A DNA stretch of 64,000 nt from an uncultured Thermoplasmata archaeon. Its GTDB lineage: Archaea; Thermoplasmatota; Thermoplasmata; UBA10834. The translations under genes were made by a program, and so were the position numbers. Below are positions 9,049-17,273 of the stretch, piece by piece. Every line of letters starts with the position of its first letter. Positions within the stretch are counted from its first letter, which is position 1. Location of the stretch: NCBI GenBank assembly GCA_963748615.1, contig CAVVJQ010000002.1:323240-387239 (forward strand). Direction: 5' to 3'. The notes below the pieces were generated by a model. The model was not told the origin of the DNA, did no database searches, and worked only from the letters and a program-made list of their open reading frames with translations.

Positions 9049-9774
9049 ATGGATCTGACGAGCATGGGAATCCCCGCCCTCAACGATCATCTGGGCGGAG
9101 GCGTCCAGAAGGGATCGACCGTCCTCGTCGTAGGTGGTCCTGGATCCGGAGCCGAATTCTTCGCGAAGCAGTTCGCCTCCACGGGACAGGAGCCAGTAAC
9201 CTACTTCACGTCAACGGAGAGGGACGAGGACGTCATGAACATAATGCATGAGCACGGGTGGAGGACGGATATCAACATAGTCAATATCGGCACGAAGTAC
9301 TATGAAAACGTGCTCGCAAAGAAACTCGAGATCAGCAAGTTCAGGCAGGAAGGTATAACGCTCGAGGATATCCGACAGATCAGGGACAAGGACGCGGGCA
9401 AGGAAGAGAATTTCCTGACCTTCCTCGCATATGAGATATCGAAGATCACGCCTCCTTTCAGGGTGGTCATCAACTCGCTCGATTTCTTCCTCGAGAACTA
9501 TGACAGCTCGGAGGTGCTCATGGCCATGCGCACGATAAAGGCGCATACGCAGCACTCGGAGAGCGTCACCTTGATGACGATGCTCAAGGGCGTCCATGAT
9601 TCTCGCATACAGAGCAGCATTGAGGACCTCGCGGACGTGATATTCGAGCTCGACAGGGAAAAGATCGGACAGGAGTTCAAGAAGTACATCGTCGTGCAGA
9701 AGGTCCGAAACAGGCCAGGCTTGGTCGGGATCCTGCCGTGCGCATTCGATCAGACAGGCATACGGACCTGCTGA
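9049..9774 (+). CDS. KaiC-like protein with the Walker A lysine lost (GGPGSGAEFF)
   Basis: GIPALNDHLGGGVQKGSTVLVVGGPGSGAEFFAKQFA replaces the GKT/S; VVINSLDFF is the Walker-B-like strand. Starts 1 nt after the upstream stop. Confidence 0.65.
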   Translation: MDLTSMGIPALNDHLGGGVQKGSTVLVVGGPGSGAEFFAKQFASTGQEPVTYFTSTERDEDVMNIMHEHGWRTDINIVNIGTKYYENVLAKKLEISKFRQEGITLEDIRQIRDKDAGKEENFLTFLAYEISKITPPFRVVINSLDFFLENYDSSEVLMAMRTIKAHTQHSESVTLMTMLKGVHDSRIQSSIEDLADVIFELDREKIGQEFKKYIVVQKVRNRPGLVGILPCAFDQTGIRTC

Positions 9775-9862
9775 AAATCGTCTTCCTGGGACCGGTAACG
9801 GCGTTATCGTAATGTCGACGTTTCGACAAAAAGCGACGTTATTTAAGCGATAATACTCTAAT

Positions 9863-9881
9863 AAGAAGACTAAGTCTTCTT
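9863..9881 (+). terminator. Hairpin AAGAAGAC-taa-GTCTTCTT downstream of the KaiC-like operon
   Basis: Perfect 8-bp stem with a 3-nt loop, about 90 nt after the stop at 9774, followed by TT. Archaeal termination is usually oligo-T driven, so the function is uncertain. Confidence 0.3.
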
Positions 9882-9971
9882 TAGCGTCATGATTTTGCGA
9901 CATAGCCAGATGTCACACTTCGGCATTGAGCGAAGCCGTGAACGCTCGAAGATGATAACCAGCCGGAAAGC

Positions 9972-9979
9972 TATATAAA
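9972..9979 (+). promoter_or_regulatory. TATA box (TATATAAA) for the pilin gene
   Basis: AT-rich box about 60 nt upstream of ATG 10038. An SD-like AAGGAGG lies 8 nt before the ATG. Confidence 0.45.
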
Positions 9980-10037
9980 CCCTACTCAGCGGTTAATACT
10001 CTCAAGCGGGCCGAAAGGTTCGCAAGGAGGACATAAC

Positions 10038-10553
10038 ATGAAGCGAATTTGGGCAATCCGCAAGGATGCTGAAGCGGTGTCTCCGGTTATTGCTACCATC
10101 TTGATGGTCGCGATTACCGTCGTCCTAGCAGCCGTCTTATATGTGATGGTTCTGGGATTCGGTGGCACGAGCCAGCAGACACCAACGACTCAGCTGACAA
10201 AGGGTACGATCTCCAATGGTGTGAGGTTGACTCTGGCAGCTGTGAGCATAGAGACTCTATGGAGTGATGTGACAGTTCTGATAACCGATGGATCGAACAA
10301 CGCGAACTGGATCAATATCACTACTGAAGATCTCGATGGCGGAGAGGTTATCATGCACAACTACGCGTCCAAGACTCTTGGGAGCCTTGCCGTGTTCTTG
10401 AACATAACCGATCTGGCAGGTAACGGATACGCGAATCAGGGTGATTCACTTGCTCTGACCGCAGGTTCGTTCGCGAGCACAACCACCTACACGGTGACAT
10501 TGATGTACTCGCCAACATCGAGCGAAATGACCCACATAACATTCAACGGTTAG
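10038..10553 (+). CDS. Archaeal type IV pilin-like protein (class III signal peptide, DUF1628-type N-terminus)
   Basis: The N-terminus is MKRIWAIRKDAEA|VSPVIATILMVAITVVLAAVLYVMV, the canonical archaeal prepilin motif. The remainder is beta-rich and Thr/Asn-rich. Confidence 0.85.
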   Translation: MKRIWAIRKDAEAVSPVIATILMVAITVVLAAVLYVMVLGFGGTSQQTPTTQLTKGTISNGVRLTLAAVSIETLWSDVTVLITDGSNNANWINITTEDLDGGEVIMHNYASKTLGSLAVFLNITDLAGNGYANQGDSLALTAGSFASTTTYTVTLMYSPTSSEMTHITFNG

Positions 10554-10691
10554 ACAAGATCGTTTCGAGTGGGTCGACCATAGAAACCCCTTCCTTTTCT
10601 AATATTTCCCCTTCTTCATCATCCTGCACGTCGATCAGTTAGGGTCTTGCTCCATGGTCCACCATGACAATAGGGATTAACCGTCCCACGC

Positions 10692-10943
10692 ATGAGGGGT
10701 CCGATGAGGCCTAGGGACCCGACCGCTGTGATGACATCCCTCGATGCGGAATCCTTCATAACCGCCCTGTTGCGGAAGAGAGGGCCACTGACAACCATGG
10801 AGATCGAGAAGCTCGCAGCTGCTGAGGATAAGAAGTGCCCTGATCATACAGTGATGTTCCTGACGAAGATGCGTAAGAAAGGGTTGATACGCGGGGATGT
10901 GTCACAGGAGAAGCGGGGCTGGTTATGGAGTCTCCCAGAATAA
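10692..10943 (+). CDS. Small winged-helix-like protein (hypothetical)
   Basis: 83-aa ORF with an HTH-like core (GPLTTMEIEKLAA...VMFLTKMRKKGLIRGDV). No other motifs. Confidence 0.4.
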   Translation: MRGPMRPRDPTAVMTSLDAESFITALLRKRGPLTTMEIEKLAAAEDKKCPDHTVMFLTKMRKKGLIRGDVSQEKRGWLWSLPE

Positions 10944-10947
10944 TCGG

Positions 10948-11394
10948 TCAGGGTGCTCTCGGATGATCGTAGACGATGACGGCCGTATGCGCAACTTGAT
11001 CGGTCCATTTCTGCCTGGGATCCTTCGTGTCGACCGCCATCCCGATTACCCAGTCGAGGATGAGGAAGACGGGGAACACCTTTGTGAAGTTCCTTATGAG
11101 CGCTTGCGAAGGAGACATGGTGCCATGGATCGGCACCGCCTTCATGTGGACAATCATCTTCCCCACGGTCCCTCCTATTGTGGATTCGAAGAGGAACGAA
11201 TACGCGAGCAGCGCGACGCCGGCGAAGTAGCCTGGAAATATCAGCGGAAGGCCGAGTGCGATCCAGATGAGCCATATCGGAGTATAGACTATGGCGAAAT
11301 CTATCACAAGGGCCACGAGACGTTTCAGCCAATGCTCCCGTAAAGCCGTGTCGTGACTCAGGTAATCGAATCCTGTGACCATGCAACCTTCCAT
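10948..11394 (-). CDS. RDD-family membrane protein
   Basis: 148 aa with an RDD-type N-terminus (REHWLKRLVALVIDFAIVY), three hydrophobic helices and conserved Asp positions. Confidence 0.6.
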   Translation of the reverse strand: MEGCMVTGFDYLSHDTALREHWLKRLVALVIDFAIVYTPIWLIWIALGLPLIFPGYFAGVALLAYSFLFESTIGGTVGKMIVHMKAVPIHGTMSPSQALIRNFTKVFPVFLILDWVIGMAVDTKDPRQKWTDQVAHTAVIVYDHPRAP

Positions 11395-11589
11395 CCCTTA
11401 TTCCGATATCCGAACACGGGCATCTCGCGATGCCCGGCTCTGCCACTCCGATCGCCCGTCTTTCATCACTACATCAGCAGGAATTCTTTCGTCATCGTGG
11501 CGTCTGCATATATCCATCGCACCTTTATGAACCCTTGTCCAGCTCGCTCAACGTATCCTAAATACTATGGTAGCCACTCACTCAACAAG

Positions 11590-12111
11590 ATGCAGCAGAT
11601 ACGTCTCTACATACTGATGGAACACGAGGACGACCCACGCAAATGCACTGCAGCGAGGCTCGCGAAGTTCGAGGAAGCCAGGCCCGTCAAGGACAGGTCA
11701 CGCATACCAGGCGGCTCGATAGTCCTGGACCCAGAAGCAGAGAAGTCCATCTCGAGGGAGGACCGAGACGTTGTGATGAAGATGGGTCTTCTTGCAGTGG
11801 ACTGCTCCTGGAACCAGCTCACGAAGTTCCCGTTCGTTCGCACAGGGCTCAGGCACCGTGCGCTCCCATTCGTCCTAGCCGCGAACCCAACCAACTTCGG
11901 CAAAGCACAGAAGTTGACGACCGCAGAGGCGCTCGCCGCGGCACTTTATATACTCGGCTTCCCGGAACAGGCTGAGAGGGTGATGTCCAGGTTCAAATGG
12001 GGACCAGTGTTCATCACGGTGAACAGGGAGATACTCGATGCGTACGCATCCGTGGAGACCAGCGCCGAGGTCTGCGCGATCCAGAACGAAATCGTGGGAC
12101 GTGCGCCCTGA
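11590..12111 (+). CDS. tsr3: 16S rRNA aminocarboxypropyltransferase Tsr3 (DUF367)
   Basis: HEDDPRKCTAARL, LLAVDCSWNQ and LPFVLAANPTNFGKAQKLTTAEALAAALYILG are characteristic Tsr3 blocks. The start is placed at ATG 11590; the upstream part of the six-frame ORF shows no similarity. Confidence 0.8.
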   Translation: MQQIRLYILMEHEDDPRKCTAARLAKFEEARPVKDRSRIPGGSIVLDPEAEKSISREDRDVVMKMGLLAVDCSWNQLTKFPFVRTGLRHRALPFVLAANPTNFGKAQKLTTAEALAAALYILGFPEQAERVMSRFKWGPVFITVNREILDAYASVETSAEVCAIQNEIVGRAP

Positions 12112-12149
12112 GACTACTTGTAAAGGCGGATATAGAGTAGGAAAACCAT

Positions 12150-14354
12150 TTGTATCAAACTGCCATTCCATACCCCTTCTTAAGGGTCTATCGGAATCAT
12201 GCTTCATCGACTGAAACGGGGGGAGAACCGACGCCCAAGGATTACACACCTGAAGATCTTGTAGCAATATGGGAAGAGTTCCTAGGGGATCAGGAGCGAA
12301 GGCACCAGGTCTCCACCATCGCCGATCTATATCCAGACGTGCGAAGCATATACGTGGAGTTCTCGTCCATAGAGAAGTTCGATCCAGACCTTGCCAATTA
12401 CACGCTGATAAATCCTGCACGGTCCCTTGGCGCGGCCGAGGACGCGATAGAGAGGATGGTCTCGCACGCTCTGACGAACCCGTTCCTGCACTTCCGGATC
12501 AAGGGCCTTCCTCGCGATTCCAGGGTGGAGGTCAGGAAACTGCGGGCGAAGCATCTCGGCACGTTCGTCTCTGTCGAAGGGTTGGTGAGAAAGGCCACTG
12601 AGGTCCGACCGCGCGTGACGATCGCCGAGTTCGAGTGCGCTCGCTGTGGTTTCCAGATATCCGTCGACCAGGATGGCATGCAGTTCCAGGAACCGCTCGA
12701 ATGTCCCAAGGATGATGGCGGTTGCGGAAGGGGATCAGGGTCCACGAAGTTCCGATTGGTCACCGACCCGTCCACCTTCGTTGATACTCAGAAGATCGAG
12801 ATACAGGAACCTCCCGAGGGCCTGAGAGGAGGCGCTCAGCCCGAACGTCTTGTAGGCTACATCGAAGACGACATCGCGGGTAAATTATCACCTGGTGACA
12901 GGATCATAATCAACGGTATCCTCAAGAGTCAGCAGAAGGGCGCTCAGATCAAGTCCACGCTCTTCGACATCAGCATCGATGTCAATTCGGTGGAATACGA
13001 GGAGCACGAGTACGAGGAGATCGTGATAACTCCAGAGGACGAGGAGATGATACGGGAGTTCGCGGCATCCCCGGATGTGCTGGGCAAGGTGGTATCCTCG
13101 ATCTCACCCACGATATACGGATACACGCAGGAGAAAGAGGCACTCGCGCTGCAGCTTTTCGGCGGCGTCTCCAAGACGCTCGACGACGGGACCCGCATCA
13201 GAGGTGACATACACATCGTCATGATCGGCGACCCAGGCACTGCGAAATCCCAGATCCTGCGATACATGGCGATGCTCGCTCCAAGGGGCATATACACATC
13301 TGGCAAGGCATCATCTGCGGCAGGACTTACTGCAGCAGCGGTCAAGGACGAGTTCGGAGAGGGCAGATGGACTCTTGAAGCAGGCGCCCTGGTGATCGCA
13401 GACAAAGGTCTCGCCTGCATTGATGAGCTGGACAAGATGAGCGATCAGGACCGTTCGAGCATCCACGAGAGTCTTGAGCAGGGCACGATATCCGTCGCCA
13501 AGGCCGGGATAACGGCAACCCTTCAGTCGCGATGCGCGGTCCTGGGAGCTGCTAACCCGAAGTACGGCAGGTTCGACGAGAACAGGAGCATTGCGGAACA
13601 GATCGATCTACCTCCAGCATTGCTGTCCAGGTTCGATGCGATATTCACAATGACAGACCGTCCGAATTCGGATATGGACATGAGGATCGCGAAACACATA
13701 CTCACCGTTCACAGGCGAGGTGAGGTCATGCTCCACGAGTCTTCCGAGGTTATACCAGGGATCGACAGGGCCCAGATAATCAGCGATAGCGATGTGCTGG
13801 TGCCCACGATGGAGCGAGACTTCCTCCGGAAATACGTGGCATTCAGCAAACGCATCACGCCTATCATGAGTGACGAGGCGATGCGGACGATAGAGAACTA
13901 TTATGTGTCGATAAGGAAACTAGGAGAGGGCGAGGGGGCGTCCGTCCCCATCACTGCCAGACAGCTCGAGGCCCTCATCCGTATGTCTGAGGCGAGCGCG
14001 AGGGCTAGCCTGATGCCTGTGGTCAGCGCGGAAGACGCGAGCAGAGCCATCGGCATAGTACAGTATTATCTGAACAAGGTCGCCAGCGAGGGTGGGCGGA
14101 TGGACATAGACATCCTCGCGACAGGGACCAGCAGGAGCCAGAGAGAGAAGATATATGTCCTGAAGAACCTCGTGCAGCAGCTATCCGATGAGCGGAGAGG
14201 CGTCAGCATGGATGAGCTCATCCAGAAGGCGAGTTCCGATAATATAAGCGAGGAGCAGGTCCGCGCACTCCTCAAACGCTTGAGCGATGCCGGGGAGGTA
14301 TATTCCCCACAGCCAGGATACTTCAAGCTTGCGACCGAGGAGCGGATCGGATGA
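12150..14354 (+). CDS. mcm: Replicative helicase MCM
   Basis: Zn finger CARCGF...CPKDDGGCG, Walker A MIGDPGTAKSQ, Walker B ACIDELDKM, arginine finger SRFD, C-terminal winged helix. No in-frame ATG near the N-terminus; TTG at 12150. Confidence 0.95.
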   Translation: MYQTAIPYPFLRVYRNHASSTETGGEPTPKDYTPEDLVAIWEEFLGDQERRHQVSTIADLYPDVRSIYVEFSSIEKFDPDLANYTLINPARSLGAAEDAIERMVSHALTNPFLHFRIKGLPRDSRVEVRKLRAKHLGTFVSVEGLVRKATEVRPRVTIAEFECARCGFQISVDQDGMQFQEPLECPKDDGGCGRGSGSTKFRLVTDPSTFVDTQKIEIQEPPEGLRGGAQPERLVGYIEDDIAGKLSPGDRIIINGILKSQQKGAQIKSTLFDISIDVNSVEYEEHEYEEIVITPEDEEMIREFAASPDVLGKVVSSISPTIYGYTQEKEALALQLFGGVSKTLDDGTRIRGDIHIVMIGDPGTAKSQILRYMAMLAPRGIYTSGKASSAAGLTAAAVKDEFGEGRWTLEAGALVIADKGLACIDELDKMSDQDRSSIHESLEQGTISVAKAGITATLQSRCAVLGAANPKYGRFDENRSIAEQIDLPPALLSRFDAIFTMTDRPNSDMDMRIAKHILTVHRRGEVMLHESSEVIPGIDRAQIISDSDVLVPTMERDFLRKYVAFSKRITPIMSDEAMRTIENYYVSIRKLGEGEGASVPITARQLEALIRMSEASARASLMPVVSAEDASRAIGIVQYYLNKVASEGGRMDIDILATGTSRSQREKIYVLKNLVQQLSDERRGVSMDELIQKASSDNISEEQVRALLKRLSDAGEVYSPQPGYFKLATEERIG

Positions 14355-14647
14355 TATGTATCAGGATACACACGAAGGGCACCGAGCGTCTGTTGGCCGC
14401 ATGCGACGCCGATATCGTGGGTAAGAAATTTAGTTCCGGCAAGCTCAGGATAGAAGTCACGGAATCGTTCTACAAGGAGGACGTGGTGGAGGACGAAGTC
14501 CTGCTGAACTGGCTCCGCCTGGCTACCATAGCGAACCTCGTAGGTGAGCGGACTGTTGGCATAGCGGTGGACAATGGTTTCGTCGACCCGGACGGTGTGA
14601 TCCTGATCGGTGGCGTCCCGCATGCTCAGATGGCGAGGATGATCTGA
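14351..14647 (+). CDS. DUF424 family protein
   Basis: 98 aa. The pattern ERLLAACDADIVGKKF...IEVTESFY...IANLVGERTV...GGVPHAQM matches conserved archaeal DUF424. Overlaps the mcm stop. Confidence 0.7.
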   Translation: MICIRIHTKGTERLLAACDADIVGKKFSSGKLRIEVTESFYKEDVVEDEVLLNWLRLATIANLVGERTVGIAVDNGFVDPDGVILIGGVPHAQMARMI

Positions 14648-15685
14648 TTGTTCTGTGTCGAATGCGGTGCAGAGAATTGCGAGATCGTCGACTCTCTCTG
14701 CAGGGAGTGCTATGCCAAGAAGCATGTGTGGGCGACGATACCTGATCATGTAGATCTGGTCATCTGCGCCCACTGCTCACACGTCGAGATCGAAGGTCGC
14801 TGGAGAGCTGTCGATTCCATGAAGGATGCGATGGAATCCGCGACGGTCGGCTCGATTTCCATACCTCCGGATGCGAAGATCGTCGACACGAAGGTCACGC
14901 TGAGTGAGAATGACCCGAGGAATTTCCTGGCGCAGGTGAACATCACGCTCGCATCGCGCGGCGCCAACTTCGAGAGATCCATATCCACCATCGTGAGGTT
15001 CAAGCGCGGTTCATGCAACGAATGCTCGAAGAAGATGGGCAACTATTTCGAGGCCATTCTCCAGGTGAGGGGCACCGGCAGGACCATGGACGATGAGATG
15101 GAGCAGGAACTCAATACGTTCGTCACGGAGAGGATGAACTCGATGAAGGGCGATAGCCGAGACCTCTTCATAAGCAAGATCGAGCGGGTGAAGGGCGGCC
15201 TGGACTTCTACTTCAGCAAGGCGCAGCCTGCCAGGAACGTGGCAAGAGAGCTACAGGACACCCGATGCGCCGAGTACAAGGAATCCTCCAGCATGTGGGG
15301 GATGCGCGAAGGAGAGGAGGTCTCCAGGATGACCTATCTCGTGAGGATGCCTGGATTCGGCAAAGGGGACATCATCGAGTACGACTCACGAGACTACTTC
15401 GTCCGCAGCATGTCCAAGGGGTCGGTTCATGGCATCGACCTTGAGCGCGGTGACTCCAGACCTCTGAAGATGAAAGAAGCATCAGACTTCCGGCTCTCCG
15501 TCCGTGCCTCCCAAATTCGGAGCGTGGTCGTGCTAATGGAGACCGATAAGGAGGTCCAGGTGCTCGATCCAGAGACCATGGTTCCTTTGGACCTGAGGAA
15601 ACCTGTAGGATTTGTCCGCAAAGGTGAACTGGTGCGCCTGGCAAAGACGAGGCTCGGCGCCTACGTGCTCAGCGACAGCTGGTAG
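14648..15685 (+). CDS. NMD3-family protein (archaeal homologue of the 60S export adaptor)
   Basis: N-terminal paired Cys clusters (CVECG...CRECY, CAHCS) and full-length NMD3-like organisation. The TTG start directly follows the upstream stop. Confidence 0.75.
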   Translation: MFCVECGAENCEIVDSLCRECYAKKHVWATIPDHVDLVICAHCSHVEIEGRWRAVDSMKDAMESATVGSISIPPDAKIVDTKVTLSENDPRNFLAQVNITLASRGANFERSISTIVRFKRGSCNECSKKMGNYFEAILQVRGTGRTMDDEMEQELNTFVTERMNSMKGDSRDLFISKIERVKGGLDFYFSKAQPARNVARELQDTRCAEYKESSSMWGMREGEEVSRMTYLVRMPGFGKGDIIEYDSRDYFVRSMSKGSVHGIDLERGDSRPLKMKEASDFRLSVRASQIRSVVVLMETDKEVQVLDPETMVPLDLRKPVGFVRKGELVRLAKTRLGAYVLSDSW

Positions 15686-15760
15686 TCGTCTCGTTCGCGC
15701 TGAGTTCCATGAAAAGGCATTAATTCTATCGTTGCCTACCCGTGAACGGAGGCAGTCATC

Positions 15761-16645
15761 ATGGTCACTGAAGCCGATATCCAGAATGCGGTTGTCGAGC
15801 TGCTTAGGAAGACCGTCGTCAGACTTCCGTCCGATGTCGAACAGGCCTTGAATAAGGCTTATGAGACAGAGACCGACGAGGTCCCCCGGATGCAGCTGAA
15901 GGCGATCCTGGACAACATAGAACTTGCGAAGAAGGGGAACACACCGATGTGCCAGGATACTGGCGTAACGATATTCTATGTGACCCTTCCAAAGGAGTGT
16001 AGAGTAGACGTCGAGAAAGGCATCATCGAAGGCGTGAGGAGGGCTACGAAAGAGGTCCCTCTGAGGCCGAACGCAGTCCATCCGATAACGAGGAAGAACC
16101 CCGGAGACAACGTCGGAAACAGAATGCCTTACATCAACTGGAAGGTCGGGGACAAGGACTACATCGAGATCATGGTGATGACCAAGGGCGCAGGGTCGGA
16201 GAACATGAGTGCCTTGGCGATGCTCACCCCAAGCGCGGGATTGAAGGGGATCAAGGAGTTCGCGCTCAGCACTCTCCTGAGGGCTGGTAGCAACCCGTGC
16301 CCGCCGACCATCATCGGGATGGGTATCGGGGGTTCATCGGACATCTGCATGAAGCTGGCCAAAGAGGCCCTGCTGCGGCCGTTGGACAAGAGGCACGCGG
16401 ATCCGGAGATCGCAAAACTCGAGACGGAGCTATTCGAGGCGATCAACATGCTGGGTATAGGTCCAATGGGCCTGGGTGGCAAGACCACTATGCTCGGACT
16501 GAACATCGAGTATGCATACTGTCACACCGCCAGTTTGCCGGTCGCGATCAATGTGCAATGTTGGGCCGGAAGAAGGGGCAACGTCAGGATATATCCGGAC
16601 GGGAAGACCACCTTCCCAATCCATGAGGGTGAGAAAGATGCCTAA
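15761..16645 (+). CDS. Class I (Fe-S) fumarate hydratase / tartrate dehydratase, alpha subunit
   Basis: PMCQDTG cluster-ligand block and GAGSEN block; 294 aa as expected for the split archaeal enzyme. Confidence 0.85.
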   Translation: MVTEADIQNAVVELLRKTVVRLPSDVEQALNKAYETETDEVPRMQLKAILDNIELAKKGNTPMCQDTGVTIFYVTLPKECRVDVEKGIIEGVRRATKEVPLRPNAVHPITRKNPGDNVGNRMPYINWKVGDKDYIEIMVMTKGAGSENMSALAMLTPSAGLKGIKEFALSTLLRAGSNPCPPTIIGMGIGGSSDICMKLAKEALLRPLDKRHADPEIAKLETELFEAINMLGIGPMGLGGKTTMLGLNIEYAYCHTASLPVAINVQCWAGRRGNVRIYPDGKTTFPIHEGEKDA

Positions 16646-17237
16646 GAGATTGAAGACACCACTGTCGGAAGAAGACGCTCGCGGACTCAGGGCAGGAGAG
16701 ACGATCTACCTGGACGGAGTCATCTATACTGGCAGGGACGAAGTCCATATACACGCCTTGGAGCACCTCGAGCATGGGAAGAAGATCCCCGTCGATTTCA
16801 AGAGGGCTGTGCTGTTCCACTGCGGCCCGATCATGAAGAAGGTCGATGACAAGTGGCATGTGGTCGCTGCAGGTCCCACGACATCGTCGAGGATGAACTC
16901 TCTCGAACCACAGTTCATCGAGAAGTTCGGACCAGGCGCCATAATCGGAAAAGGTGGGATGTCTCAGCCGACTGTTGATGCCATGAAGAAGTACGGATGT
17001 GTCTACCTAGCCATCACCGGTGGCGCGGCCGTGCTCGCAGCAAAAGGCATCAAGAACGTCCAAGGAGTCGAGTGGTATGAGCTCGGGATGCCCGAGGCCA
17101 TATGGATTATGGATGCCGACAACTTCGGACCTCTGACCGTCGCGATCGATGCTCATGGCAACAGTCTCTATACCGATGTGGGCGTCAAGATCAAGGAGAA
17201 CGAAAAGAAGGCCCGAGAGAAACTAGGTCTCAAGTAA
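16638..17237 (+). CDS. Class I fumarate hydratase / tartrate dehydratase, beta subunit
   Basis: Starts at ATG 16638, overlapping the alpha stop. Blocks GETIYLDGVIYTGRDEVH, GPTTSSRM and IGKGGM are typical of the beta subunit. Confidence 0.85.
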   Translation: MPKRLKTPLSEEDARGLRAGETIYLDGVIYTGRDEVHIHALEHLEHGKKIPVDFKRAVLFHCGPIMKKVDDKWHVVAAGPTTSSRMNSLEPQFIEKFGPGAIIGKGGMSQPTVDAMKKYGCVYLAITGGAAVLAAKGIKNVQGVEWYELGMPEAIWIMDADNFGPLTVAIDAHGNSLYTDVGVKIKENEKKAREKLGLK

Positions 17238-17273
17238 ACGATTTCAATCGACTGACCGGACTATCAGCGCCGG

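Noticed and set aside
10271-10278. Additional copies of the octamer (10271-10278 in the pilin gene, 28005-28012 in the DnaA-module gene) as further frameshift sites.
   Set aside because: Both ORFs read through these copies with protein-like sequence on both sides (SDVTVLITDG; LTDKDSSMEN). No break occurs there, so they serve as negative controls for the octamer finding.
10844-11446. 200-aa and 148-aa alternative ORFs overlapping the RDD-family gene.
   Set aside because: Only the 10948..11394 minus-strand frame gives a coherent three-TM RDD-like protein. The others are Arg/His-rich shadows.
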